From an uncultured Holophaga sp. (GTDB lineage: Bacteria; Acidobacteriota; Holophagae; Holophagales; Holophagaceae), in NCBI GenBank assembly GCA_963664825.1, contig OY761614.1, positions 2,016,001-2,080,000 on the forward strand: a DNA stretch of 64,000 nucleotides, read 5' to 3'. Numbering within the stretch: position 1 is the stretch's first letter; each line of letters starts with the position of its first letter. Position numbers and translations under genes: made by a program. This document shows positions 1-9,455 of this stretch, one piece after another. The notes beneath the pieces are model-generated. The model was not told where the DNA came from and did not search any database. It worked only from the letters and a program-made list of their open reading frames with translations.

Positions 1-108
1 ATGCTCACCACGACTTCCGGCACGACCACAGGTTTGAAGATCAAGTCCTTCGATGGAACCCTGGCCAAAGCGCTGGCGGGACCCAAGGTTTGGAGAACAG
101 TACATTAA
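1..108 (+). CDS. 3' end of a gene truncated by the window edge; C-terminus ...GPKVWRTVH is reminiscent of PilY1-like proteins
   Basis: Open frame 1 to TAA at 106-108. Family guess rests on a short motif only. Confidence 0.3.
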   Translation: MLTTTSGTTTGLKIKSFDGTLAKALAGPKVWRTVH

Positions 109-237
109 CAACCTATTCCTCCATGGCCGCGTTCCAGGGGCATTCCGGGCGAGGCGCTTCAACGATCAGTGCACTTCCAATGGTTTGTTTTCGCAATTCA
201 CACATCGCTTCCGGTAGCGCATCTCCAGGGAGGCCCC

Positions 238-2307
238 ATGAACCCAACTTTTTCATGCACATCTGAACTATCGCAAGGAAACCTGGGCCGGATCCTGCGG
301 GCCAGGGGGGCTGGCATCCTGTTTGCCCTCAGCTTGTTGGGGGTGATTGGGATGAGCACCTCGTGCGGCGGTGGCAGCACACCCACGCCAACGCCCACCC
401 CGCCCGCTACCACCGGAACGGTCAGCGGCAAGGTGGAGAACTACATCACTGGTCGGGGCATCGGTGGGGCTACGGTGACGGATGGCAAGGCGACCGCCAC
501 TACCTACGACGATGGCACCTATACAATGTATGTCAGCCCTTCTGATCGGAAGCAGATCACCATCACGGCTTCCAATTTTGGCGGGACCCAGAGGATCACC
601 AGCATCCTCGCAGGGGGAAGTCGGCAGGTGGATGCCTCCCTGCTGCCCGCCACCCTTCTCGATATTCCTGACCTGGCCTCAGGGGCAACCCTCACCGTGC
701 CGAACACACCGGCCCAGGTGGTGCTTCCCGCCAATGGTCTGGTGACTTCGGGGGGTGGGGCCCCTAGTTTCCCATTGAAGGCCAGTTTGACCCCTGTGGA
801 TCCTTCCACGAATCCCGCGTTGATGCCCGGTGACTATACGACCGCCACGGGGCAGATCGAAAGCTTCGGCGCCCTGGAGGTGACCTTCACGGATAGCACC
901 GGCGCGCGTTTGAATCTGGCTCCCGGGAGAAACGCCACAATCCGGATTCCCTTGGCCTCGTCCTACTGGGGCGGTAATCCCCCGACCACCGTGCCAGCTT
1001 TCTATTTCAATGAAGTCTCCGGGCGCTGGGTTCAGGAGGGCACCTTAACCTTGGGCGGCACCGATCTGGATCAATACTACGAAGGCAGCGTGGCCCACTT
1101 TTCCACCTGGAATGCCGATATGGCTTCCAGTACCGTTTGTCTCACGGGCACGGTGGTTAGAAACAATGGCACTACCTCTGTGGCGGGAGCCGTGGTCACC
1201 GCCAAGGGGGTCGACCCGGTTGTGGATCCGGTCAATGGCTATCTTGGTAGTTACACTGCTATTACCGCCGCGGATGGAACATTCACCCTCTATGTGAAGG
1301 CGAATGCCAAGACAGTGGTGACGGCCAGTGCGGTTACGGCCAGCGGCCTCCCGATTGTGAGCCCAACACCAGATATGGTGGTCACCACCACATCATCCAC
1401 TGCGGTTATTCCCGGGAGCATCATCACCACAAACGGTGTCCCAAGCATCAAGTATCCCGGAAAACTTGTTTGCGATGGCTACCTCAATTTGACCGGAACC
1501 CTGCGGGACTTCTCTCCGTCCACACCCTATATCAGTGCTGTTCTCACACCGCCCATTGTCATTTCCGGATCGGGGATTCCTTATAACTTGAATACCATGG
1601 CGCCTGTGCCTTTTGATCCCCTCACGCCCTGGCTCAATCCCGATTTCGAGGCAGCCTACGGAAGTCAATGGAGCAACATGGTGAAGGGTGACCTGGGGAC
1701 GGATAACAAGCCCGTCTACAACAACCCGGCCTATGCAAAAAGCCTTATCCACAGTGCCGCAACTTTCAAGGCTTGGTTCAATGATTTCCCGGCCCCCCAT
1801 GGCACGAATGACACGGTGCCCTACCAGAAGCTATACACGATTCCCTTGGCGGAGACTGATCCTGACGGTGCCCCTGGTGTCTATACCTATTTGAACGATA
1901 ATCAATTTCCTATTGATGGCCAACTCCAGGGGAATTATATCTATAATAATCCTGGTGATGGCAATGCCATTGACACGAAACACCCAAAAGGGGTCAATAC
2001 AGGCACATCCAGTGGCCACAATTTCCATTACACCTATGAAATTCATACAATGTTTACCTATAAAGCCGGGCAATCCTTCACCTTTAAGGGAGATGATGAT
2101 GTATGGGTGTTCATAAACAAGAAGTTGGTCATCGATCTGGGAGGAGTGCATTCATCGCTGGAAAAAACGGTGAACCTTGACAGCCTTGGGTTGACGCCGG
2201 GGTTGAACTATCAATTCGATTTCTTCTACTGTGAGCGGCACACGACGGAATCTCACATGAGAATCACGACATCTATCGCTTTCCCGAGTAACGATATTCC
2301 ATACTAA
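238..2307 (+). CDS. Secreted or lipoprotein with carboxypeptidase-regulatory-like beta domains and a C-terminal fibro-slime (PA14-like) domain
   Basis: GGAGG precedes ATG 238. Hydrophobic leader with ..STSC lipobox and PT linker. Motifs LRDF..NPDFE and NFHYTYEIH..FTFKGDDDVWVFINKKLVIDLGGVH..FFYCERH. Confidence 0.8.
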   Translation: MNPTFSCTSELSQGNLGRILRARGAGILFALSLLGVIGMSTSCGGGSTPTPTPTPPATTGTVSGKVENYITGRGIGGATVTDGKATATTYDDGTYTMYVSPSDRKQITITASNFGGTQRITSILAGGSRQVDASLLPATLLDIPDLASGATLTVPNTPAQVVLPANGLVTSGGGAPSFPLKASLTPVDPSTNPALMPGDYTTATGQIESFGALEVTFTDSTGARLNLAPGRNATIRIPLASSYWGGNPPTTVPAFYFNEVSGRWVQEGTLTLGGTDLDQYYEGSVAHFSTWNADMASSTVCLTGTVVRNNGTTSVAGAVVTAKGVDPVVDPVNGYLGSYTAITAADGTFTLYVKANAKTVVTASAVTASGLPIVSPTPDMVVTTTSSTAVIPGSIITTNGVPSIKYPGKLVCDGYLNLTGTLRDFSPSTPYISAVLTPPIVISGSGIPYNLNTMAPVPFDPLTPWLNPDFEAAYGSQWSNMVKGDLGTDNKPVYNNPAYAKSLIHSAATFKAWFNDFPAPHGTNDTVPYQKLYTIPLAETDPDGAPGVYTYLNDNQFPIDGQLQGNYIYNNPGDGNAIDTKHPKGVNTGTSSGHNFHYTYEIHTMFTYKAGQSFTFKGDDDVWVFINKKLVIDLGGVHSSLEKTVNLDSLGLTPGLNYQFDFFYCERHTTESHMRITTSIAFPSNDIPY

Positions 2308-2351
2308 TGGTTATAATGTGCGACTTCTGCGCAACACAAAATGGTTCATAG

Positions 2352-2381
2352 AAAAGGCACCGGCTTCGGCCGGTGCCTTTT
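2352..2381. terminator. Bidirectional rho-independent terminator
   Basis: aaaaggcaccggc-ttcg-gccggtgcctttt between convergent genes. Confidence 0.85.
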
Positions 2382-2399
2382 GCTTAGTGCCGAAGCCTT

Positions 2400-3011
2400 T
2401 CACGGCATCTTCACCGGGAAGCTGCCCTGGCCCTTGGTCTTGAGCTTGGCGGCGGCGGCGTCCATCTCGGCGCGGGTGCCGGGCTTGGCTAGGCGCACCT
2501 TGAAGAGGTTCTTCTCCTTCTGGATCGTGGGCGTGAAGCCTGCGGTCTTGGACTTCCCCGCCACCCGCTTGGCCTCGGTCTCATCGGGGGTGGAGACGAG
2601 CTGGAGGGTCCACTTCTCGCCCCCCTTGGGGGCTTCAGGCTTTTTCACGTCGGGCTTTTTGGCCTCGAGCTTTTTGGCCTCGGGTTCCTTGGGGTCGACC
2701 TTGGGCTCCTGAGGCTTGGGGTCTTCGGCCTTGGCTTCCTCGGGCTTGGTTTCCGCAGGGGGGGCCTCGGGCTTCCGGGTCTTCTCGAATTCCCGGTTAT
2801 CCAGGAGCTTCAGCTGCTCGTCGATGGAGACGGGCAACTCCGTCAGATCCTCGCCCGCCGTGCGGCTCTGGGGCTGGCGCAGGGCGGCGCTCTGCTTGCC
2901 CACCTGGACGCCCAGCACATAGGTCAGGGTGAGCAGACCCACGCCCACGCCCGTCACCAGGAGGATGGTGGCTCGGCTCAGGATGACGGTCTGGGCATCG
3001 TGATTGGGCAT
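2400..3011 (-). CDS. SPOR-domain membrane-anchored protein (DedD/FtsN-like)
   Basis: N-terminal TM helix, K/E/P-rich linker, C-terminal WTLQLVS..FKVRL SPOR-like fold. Confidence 0.75.
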   Translation of the reverse strand: MPNHDAQTVILSRATILLVTGVGVGLLTLTYVLGVQVGKQSAALRQPQSRTAGEDLTELPVSIDEQLKLLDNREFEKTRKPEAPPAETKPEEAKAEDPKPQEPKVDPKEPEAKKLEAKKPDVKKPEAPKGGEKWTLQLVSTPDETEAKRVAGKSKTAGFTPTIQKEKNLFKVRLAKPGTRAEMDAAAAKLKTKGQGSFPVKMP

Positions 3012-3110
3012 GGTTCAAGGCTACAGAAGAATGCGGGAGGATTTCGAGGATTCTTCTTCAAGTTCCCCCGGACTGACTGATGCCGAGCTGCATTCAAAAA
3101 CATGAAAATG

Positions 3111-3187
3111 CACCACGGAGACACGAAGGACACAGAGAGAAGCCTGAAAGAGCCACGCGTTTCTTGACTGCTTTTCTCCGTGAACTC
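3111..3187. repeat. Short CAC(G/A)GAG-periodic palindromic repeat remnant
   Basis: caccacggag-acacgaag-gacacagag-agaagc ... gcttttctccgtg (periodic units plus an inverted copy). Confidence 0.4.
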
Positions 3188-4250
3188 ATCCCTTCTCGAT
3201 GAGCAGGGCCACCTGGCTGCCGTGGCTGGCGGGGGCCGTGAGGAGGGTGCGCCGGGAAGCGTCCAGGAGCGCCGCCGCCAGAAGCTGGCCGCCGCTGCCG
3301 CACAATTCGCCCCATAGCAGCTTGGGAAATTTTGATGTGGGCCAATCCGGGTGGGCCTCTCTCAGCGGGGTCTCCAGATCATCCAGCCCCGGGTGGCCAT
3401 TGGAACCGGCGATCCAGCCGTCGAAGGGCCTGGGCGAAAGTCCGCAGGCCGCCTCCCCCAGGGCCCTGGCCCGGGAAGGGGCATCCATCGTGATCGAAGC
3501 GCAGGAGGCATAGCCTTCGAGGGTGGCGCGGATCGGCGCTCCCCGGGTCACGGCGCGCCTGCGCGTCTCCAGCAGGAAGGCCTGGGCCCCTTCTCCCGGC
3601 AGGAAACCCCGGCGGGAGCCCACTTCGGGAAGGCCCTTCCGAAGGGTCAAACGCGTCCTCTGGAACAACTCGGTGAGCAGGGGGAAGAACCCGTCTGTGC
3701 CCACCACCAGGACGGCCTCGGCCATGCCCAGCCGCAGCCAGCGCAGGGCCTGGTCCAGGGCCACCAGGGTGCTGTTCTCCCCGCCGAACTGGGTGAGGCT
3801 GGGGCCATGGAACTGGAAGGCCGTCGCAAGATGGCCGTTGATGGAAGCCGCCACGCTATTGGGGAAGACCATGGGCGAAGCCCCCTCGGGGCCCTGGGCC
3901 AGATAGGGCTTCAGGAAGGCCTCGGCGGCTTCCGAGCCCCCGGCCATGGTGCCCGTGGCCAGGGCGAGCCTATCGCCGAGGCGCTGGGGAGCCAGGTCCG
4001 CATCCTGGAAGGCCTCTCGCGCCGCCACCCAGGCGAAGCGCGTGGCGCGGTCCAGCCGCCGATTGACCATGGCGGGAATGATGCCTGCGGAGCTGAAGGA
4101 GGTGCAGAGCCCGCCGTGGCCCTGACCCAGCCCCGATGGGATTTCGCAGAAGGAGGGCGTCTGAGCCTCCCAGGCGGCCTGGGCGGCCTTGATCCCATCG
4201 CCGCAGGGGAGCACCAGGCCCATTCCCGTGATGACGATATCCACGTTCAT
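3186..4250 (-). CDS. Beta-ketoacyl synthase-like protein lacking the catalytic Cys (chain-length-factor-like)
   Basis: KS N-terminal motifs (VITGMG, RRLDR, SPMVFPNSV) with GGENS where ACSS is expected. Overlaps the upstream KS stop. Confidence 0.75.
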   Translation of the reverse strand: MNVDIVITGMGLVLPCGDGIKAAQAAWEAQTPSFCEIPSGLGQGHGGLCTSFSSAGIIPAMVNRRLDRATRFAWVAAREAFQDADLAPQRLGDRLALATGTMAGGSEAAEAFLKPYLAQGPEGASPMVFPNSVAASINGHLATAFQFHGPSLTQFGGENSTLVALDQALRWLRLGMAEAVLVVGTDGFFPLLTELFQRTRLTLRKGLPEVGSRRGFLPGEGAQAFLLETRRRAVTRGAPIRATLEGYASCASITMDAPSRARALGEAACGLSPRPFDGWIAGSNGHPGLDDLETPLREAHPDWPTSKFPKLLWGELCGSGGQLLAAALLDASRRTLLTAPASHGSQVALLIEKG

Positions 4251-5446
4251 CGGCCCTCCCAACGCAGCAGGGCCAGGCTCACGTTGTTGCCGCCAAAGGC
4301 GCAGGCGTTGACCAGGGCCGCTCGGAGCCTGCGCGCTTTAGGCACCAGGGGCGTGCAGTCCAGGTCGCAGAGGGGATCGGGCTCTTCCAGGCGCAGGGTG
4401 GGGCTCACCACCTGGTCCCCCAGGGCCAGGAGGGCCAGGGCCGCCCCCAGAACGCCCGCGGCGGCCAGGGTGTGGCCGAACTGGCTCTTGCTGGAGGTCA
4501 CCGACACGCTCCTGGCGGCCGCTCCCAAGGCGCGCTGGATGGCTAAGCATTCCGCGCCGTCATTGGCGGCCGTGGCCGTGCCGTGGGCCGAGACCAGATC
4601 GATCTCCTCGGGCCGGAGATGGGCGATCTGGAGGGCCATGGTCATGGCCCGGGCCGCGCCAGCTCCTTCCGGATGGGGGGCCGTGGCATGGTAGGCGTCC
4701 AGGGAGGCGCCGTAGCCCAGGACCTCCCCCAGGATCAACGCCCCCCGGGCCTTGGCGTGTTCCAGGGATTCCAGCAGGAAATGGCTCGCGCCCTCCCCCA
4801 GGTTGAGGCCCGCCCGGTCCCGGTTGAAGGGACGGCAGGGCCGGGGATCCATGGCCTTGAGGGAGGAAAATCCCGCAAAGGTCGTCCTGCAGAGGCCTTC
4901 CACCCCTCCCGCGATGGCCAGATCCAGATTCCCGCAGGCGATCTGCTCCCAGGCCTGTCCCAGGGCCAGGAGGCTGCTGGAACACGCGTTCATGAGGGTG
5001 CTGCGCGGGCCCATGGCCAGGAAGCGCTGACCCAGGCGATCCGTGAGGGCCGAGGGGCTGTGCCGGAGGGGCTCCGCGGCCCGGCCTCGTCGCCCGGCCA
5101 TCCGCTCGGAGAGGTAGCGTTCCCCGGCGGGATGGCTGGAGGTGGAGGCCCCCTGGAAGACGCCTCGGCGCCTGGGGTCGCCCCGCTCCAGATCCAGACC
5201 GGAATGGCTCAGGCATTCCTCCAGGGCCATGGTGGCCAGCCGTTCGCAGAAGTCCGAAGGCGTAGGGTCGGAGGCGCGCCCGGGCAGATCGATCTCCGCG
5301 GCGATCTGGATCTCTTCCCGCGGCATGCTCAAGTTGCGCAGGGGACCCACGCCGCATTCCCCGGCCAGCACACGGCTCCAGGTGGTCTTCGTGTCCAGGC
5401 CCAGGCTGGTGACGCAGCCCAGGCCCGTGACGACGACCCGCCTCAT
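4247..5446 (-). CDS. fabF: Beta-ketoacyl-ACP synthase II family
   Basis: RRVVVTGLG, NACSS, AHGTAT, KSQFGHTL and FGGNN motifs (Cys-His-His triad intact). Confidence 0.85.
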   Translation of the reverse strand: MRRVVVTGLGCVTSLGLDTKTTWSRVLAGECGVGPLRNLSMPREEIQIAAEIDLPGRASDPTPSDFCERLATMALEECLSHSGLDLERGDPRRRGVFQGASTSSHPAGERYLSERMAGRRGRAAEPLRHSPSALTDRLGQRFLAMGPRSTLMNACSSSLLALGQAWEQIACGNLDLAIAGGVEGLCRTTFAGFSSLKAMDPRPCRPFNRDRAGLNLGEGASHFLLESLEHAKARGALILGEVLGYGASLDAYHATAPHPEGAGAARAMTMALQIAHLRPEEIDLVSAHGTATAANDGAECLAIQRALGAAARSVSVTSSKSQFGHTLAAAGVLGAALALLALGDQVVSPTLRLEEPDPLCDLDCTPLVPKARRLRAALVNACAFGGNNVSLALLRWEGR

Positions 5447-5871
5447 TTCCCCAGCTCCAGGGGGGCGCCCTTTTTCACCAGGAGCTTGGCGGTGCAGAGC
5501 ACGCGCCCCTCGCAGCTCACGGTGCCCTCGATGCGCTGGAAGCCCCCGAAGGCGGCCTCCGTATTCACTTCCAGCCGCAGCCGATCCCCGGGATAGGCGG
5601 GGGCCTTGAAGCGGGCATCCACCACCTGGGCCAGGAAGACGGGGACTTCAGCCAAGTCGTCTTCGTCCAGGAAGGCCGCGCTCTGGGCCAGCATCTCGAG
5701 CATCAGGACGCCGGGCACCAGGGGGCGACCGGGCATGTGGCCCTGGAGATAGGGTTCGCTCATGCTCACCAGTTTTTCCGCCACCACCCGCAGGCCGGGT
5801 TCGCGCTCCAGGACCCGGTCCACGAAGAGGAAGGGGAAGCGATGGGGGAGGTGGTCCAGGATGGGGTCCAT
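5443..5871 (-). CDS. fabZ: 3-hydroxyacyl-ACP dehydratase
   Basis: LPHRFPFLFVDR and GHMPGRPLVPGVLMLEMLAQ. Confidence 0.85.
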   Translation of the reverse strand: MDPILDHLPHRFPFLFVDRVLEREPGLRVVAEKLVSMSEPYLQGHMPGRPLVPGVLMLEMLAQSAAFLDEDDLAEVPVFLAQVVDARFKAPAYPGDRLRLEVNTEAAFGGFQRIEGTVSCEGRVLCTAKLLVKKGAPLELGK

Positions 5872-6006
5872 CAGGGGCGCCCCCACGCTGGCGTGGAAGC
5901 GAGCCTGGCGTCTGCGCTTGGGTTCCCTTCGTTCATCGCCTCTCCGGTGAAAATGATCTTATCCGTTCATGAGGGATGACGCGATGCTCTCCGGGGTAGA
6001 CGGGCC

Positions 6007-9000
6007 TCATGGGATTGGGCTCCAGCTGATCGCGGAAAACACGTTCCTGCGGTTGTCCAGGCCGTTGTTGGTGACCTCGTCGGCGGTCAACTGCTTGCTG
6101 TTGGTAGAGCGGCCGGACATGCTCAGCAGGGTGCCGCTCGGGTCCATGCTGCCGTATTCGCGCCACCCCGCGCTGCTTGTGGGGGTCGCGGGGTTGGGCG
6201 CCGGGTTGCCGACGACGCCGGAGGCCCAGCCGAGGGCGGCGATGTGCGAATCCATCCGGCAGTCGATGTAGGCGACGTTGTCGACCCAGGTCCCGGAGGC
6301 CGCGCGCGCAAGGTAGCTGGAAGCGTTGGCGCCGGTGGCCACGTGTACGCCCGAGGGACCGTCGGCGTAGGTCAGATTGCAATTCAGGAACACGAAGCCC
6401 TTTCCGCCTGGGTAGGTGCGCGCCTGCACGAGGTAGCCTCCCGTCCCGTTTGCGTATTCGGAGATGCTCGCGGGGTACTGCGAATCCCCCAGAATTTCGA
6501 TGGTGCTGTCCTCAAACAGGGACGCGTAGTTGTTGCCCCAGATGAAGTCGATGTTGCCCGAGACCTTGGTGTTGTAGAACCAGGTGTAGCCCTGGAGTTG
6601 CAATGTATCTTGTTCGCTGTAGAAATTGGCGTTATTGGCGATCAGGCGGTGGCCGCTGCTCTGGGTCGAAGTGGTGGACTTGAAGTAGAGCACCTCGGCC
6701 TGGTTCGAGTAGACGCTGCTTCGGAGATGCGTGCTCTTCAGCGTCAGCTTATTGAGCGTGAGCAAATCGCAGTTCTCCACCATGAACACGGAGCGCCCTC
6801 CGCCTGAGAGGGGCGTTCCAGTGGCGGAAACTCCGCTGCCCGAGTTCAAAGTCTCGTAGTTGTTGTAATGGATAATCACGCCGGCGCGGCTTTCACCCTC
6901 GATCGTGACGTTTGGGCGGTTGCACAGGAAGAGCAGCTCGTTGTAGATGCCGTTGCTGATGTGGATGGTCGGGGTGGAGACGCTTGGATTGGCCATCACG
7001 TGGTTGAGGGCGCCCTGCACCGAGTGGTAGTCGGCGGTGGTGTCATTAGCCGGTCCCACCGTGAGGGTTGTCGCCGCGGGATCGGGTTGGGTTGATCGGG
7101 TGGTGAAGGTCCAGCCTGCGGGCTTACCGATTCCATCAAATGGATGGCCGTTGAGATTGGCACCGGTGAATGCCGTGCTGGAAATTCCCACGTAGTAGGC
7201 CGTTCCATAGGCCAGCTTGCCGCTGTGAGGCGTGATGGTGACGGTATTGCCGTCGATCCGGATCGGGGAAGTGGCCACGCCTCTCCGATAGGACCCATTG
7301 AGGCCGAGGGTGTCGCTTTCATGGCTCAGGTAGATTCGGTCGACCTGGGAGTCATCGCTGGCCTTGAAGATGCGGATCGTTCCGGCCGTGCCAAGGGTCG
7401 GCGTCGAATCGAAAGTGAGGGTGAGCTTGTCGTCCGGATAGGCTGTGGTCGCCGCTGGCGCTGGATACACCTGGCTGGATGTCAGGGCATAGGTGGCCGG
7501 CGAGTCGACATATTGCGGCGAGATGGAGGCGGCGATTGTCCTGACCAGCGCCGGGTCGGAATTGCTCGTGAACCGGATATCCGTTGCCCCGGCCGCGATC
7601 GGCTTCAGGAGGACCGGGGTGGCGGTGCCGCTGGTCATGCCTTTGGTCACGCTGACCACGCTGGGGTCGTCGGAAACGACGGTGAAGTCGTCCGATGTCC
7701 CGTCGTTCTTGGACGCGGTGACAGTGATCGTGCGGTCCGAGTCGCCCCCCTCCGCCACGTAGGTTGCATCGTTCGGAGAGATCGAGAGCAGGACCGGCTT
7801 GACCGAAGGATCGCCCACCTTGATGTCATCGATGTAGAAGGACTTGTTGTTTGTGAACAGGCCGATCCTGCCCCCGGTGATGGCGGTGGGAATGGTGGTG
7901 GTGCCCAGTTCCTCGCCGTCCATGTAGATCGTTTGCGTGCTTGCGGAGACTTCGAGGCGAACCTTGTACCAGGCCGTGTCACTGCCGATGGTCCGGAGGA
8001 CTCGTACGGCTCGGGTGAGGGTCCCCGACGTCATGTTGCCGGTCTCGACATAGGAGTTTGAGGAGATGCTCTGCACGTTCAGTCCCCCCAGGAGCCAGTT
8101 GGAGCCATCGGTGTAACGGGCGACCATGTACAGCTGCTTGTTGCCGAGGATGCCGTTGGCCAGGGGCCGGATGCGGGCTTCCACGTAATAGTCGGTCTTG
8201 GAGCCCACCTTGGCGGTCCAGACCGAATTTTTGAGGAGCGCAATCACGGCATTGCTGGCCGTGCTGCCCGCCGTGTATTTGAGCGCCTTGGTCGTGGCGC
8301 CCTGGTAGTCGGTCGTGCTCTCCACTGTGAAGGCCCCGTCGGCATTCGGCGTCAGATCCCAGTTGTCGGTCGTACCGGATTCGAAGTCTTCGGAGAAGTA
8401 GACCGTGGGGTCATCGAGGGTCGCGCTGGTCGTGATGATGGTGTCGGCGTTGATGGGGCCCGTGGTGAAGGTGGTGCCGTTGAGGGTGCCGTTGCCCCCG
8501 GTGACCGCCAGGTTGGAATAGCCGGGCAGGAGTGTGCATTCGAAGGTGGTTGTGGCCCCGGCGGTGACGGTGCGGGTCGTGGGCGTGACGAAGGTCCCGG
8601 CTCCGACGCTGGCGGTGACGGTGTATTGGACCGGGTCCGGAGTGGCTGAGAGGGTGATGGCGGTGTTGGCGTTGATGGGTCCTGTGGTGTAGGTGGGGCC
8701 GTTGAGGGTGCCGTTGCCCCCGGTGACCGTCAGATTGGAATAGCCGGGCAGGAGGGTGCATTCGAAGGTGGTCGTCGCCCCGGCGGTGACGGTGCGGGTC
8801 GTGGGCGTGACGGAGGTGCCAGGCCCGGCGTTGGCGGTGACGGTGTATTGGATCGGGTCCGGGGTGGCTGAGAGGGTGATGGCGGTGTCGGCGTTGATGG
8901 GTCCTGTGGTGTAGGTGGGGCCGTTGAGGGTGCCGTTGCCCCCGGTGACCGTCAGATTGGAATAGCCGGGCAGGAGGGTGCATTCGAAGGTGGTCGTCGC

Positions 9001-9180
9001 CCCGGCCGTGACGGTGCGGGTCGCGGGCGTGACGGAGGTGCCGGGCCCGGCGGTGGCGGTGACGGAGTATGAGATGGGCCTGCGGGTGGTGTTGCCTTCT
9101 CTATTCCAATTGCCGCAGGCCAGCATCCCCAGCAGGATGGCGGCGAGAGCACAGATTCGGACGTATATGTGCTTGGACAC
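6007..9180 (-). CDS. Large lipoprotein with three Ig-like repeats, a LamG-like beta sandwich, an SbsA-like Ig domain and a C-terminal pectin methylesterase (CE8-like) domain
   Basis: Lipobox MLAC. CE8-type motifs DYHSVQGAL, SEQDTL, GNIDFIWG, YLAR and WREY. Confidence 0.75.
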   Translation of the reverse strand: MSKHIYVRICALAAILLGMLACGNWNREGNTTRRPISYSVTATAGPGTSVTPATRTVTAGATTTFECTLLPGYSNLTVTGGNGTLNGPTYTTGPINADTAITLSATPDPIQYTVTANAGPGTSVTPTTRTVTAGATTTFECTLLPGYSNLTVTGGNGTLNGPTYTTGPINANTAITLSATPDPVQYTVTASVGAGTFVTPTTRTVTAGATTTFECTLLPGYSNLAVTGGNGTLNGTTFTTGPINADTIITTSATLDDPTVYFSEDFESGTTDNWDLTPNADGAFTVESTTDYQGATTKALKYTAGSTASNAVIALLKNSVWTAKVGSKTDYYVEARIRPLANGILGNKQLYMVARYTDGSNWLLGGLNVQSISSNSYVETGNMTSGTLTRAVRVLRTIGSDTAWYKVRLEVSASTQTIYMDGEELGTTTIPTAITGGRIGLFTNNKSFYIDDIKVGDPSVKPVLLSISPNDATYVAEGGDSDRTITVTASKNDGTSDDFTVVSDDPSVVSVTKGMTSGTATPVLLKPIAAGATDIRFTSNSDPALVRTIAASISPQYVDSPATYALTSSQVYPAPAATTAYPDDKLTLTFDSTPTLGTAGTIRIFKASDDSQVDRIYLSHESDTLGLNGSYRRGVATSPIRIDGNTVTITPHSGKLAYGTAYYVGISSTAFTGANLNGHPFDGIGKPAGWTFTTRSTQPDPAATTLTVGPANDTTADYHSVQGALNHVMANPSVSTPTIHISNGIYNELLFLCNRPNVTIEGESRAGVIIHYNNYETLNSGSGVSATGTPLSGGGRSVFMVENCDLLTLNKLTLKSTHLRSSVYSNQAEVLYFKSTTSTQSSGHRLIANNANFYSEQDTLQLQGYTWFYNTKVSGNIDFIWGNNYASLFEDSTIEILGDSQYPASISEYANGTGGYLVQARTYPGGKGFVFLNCNLTYADGPSGVHVATGANASSYLARAASGTWVDNVAYIDCRMDSHIAALGWASGVVGNPAPNPATPTSSAGWREYGSMDPSGTLLSMSGRSTNSKQLTADEVTNNGLDNRRNVFSAISWSPIP
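8404..9069 (-). repeat. Three intragenic tandem repeats of 222 bp (74 aa)
   Basis: Units begin at 9069, 8847 and 8625 (Y[ST]VTA..TFECTLLPGYSNL..GPINA) and are nearly identical at DNA level. Confidence 0.95.
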
Positions 9181-9455
9181 GTGGACTCCACAAGATCCAA
9201 AGTCTTCAAATACTGACGATGGAATTCATGAATGATACCGGGCTCAGGAGGCCTGGAGCGAACCGCGGTGGTCCGGGACCCTGGATATCAGGCGAGATCG
9301 TAGCGATCTCCATATCTGGAACGGACTTCATTTCGAATGCAGGGCGAAGGGATCCTCGGGTTTTGGACCAGGACCCTTGGGCCGCGGACAAAAGCAGGGA
9401 GATGGGCCGCGGGGTGTATGATCCATGCCGGAGCCCGCTTCCCCTGGATGCCTTC

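Noticed and set aside
2620..2790. Repetitive K/P/E-coding DNA in the SPOR gene
   Set aside because: It is an ordinary low-complexity linker.
8404..9069. Tandem repeats as a possible CRISPR or non-coding array
   Set aside because: They are 222-bp in-frame protein domain repeats with no unique spacers and no cas genes.
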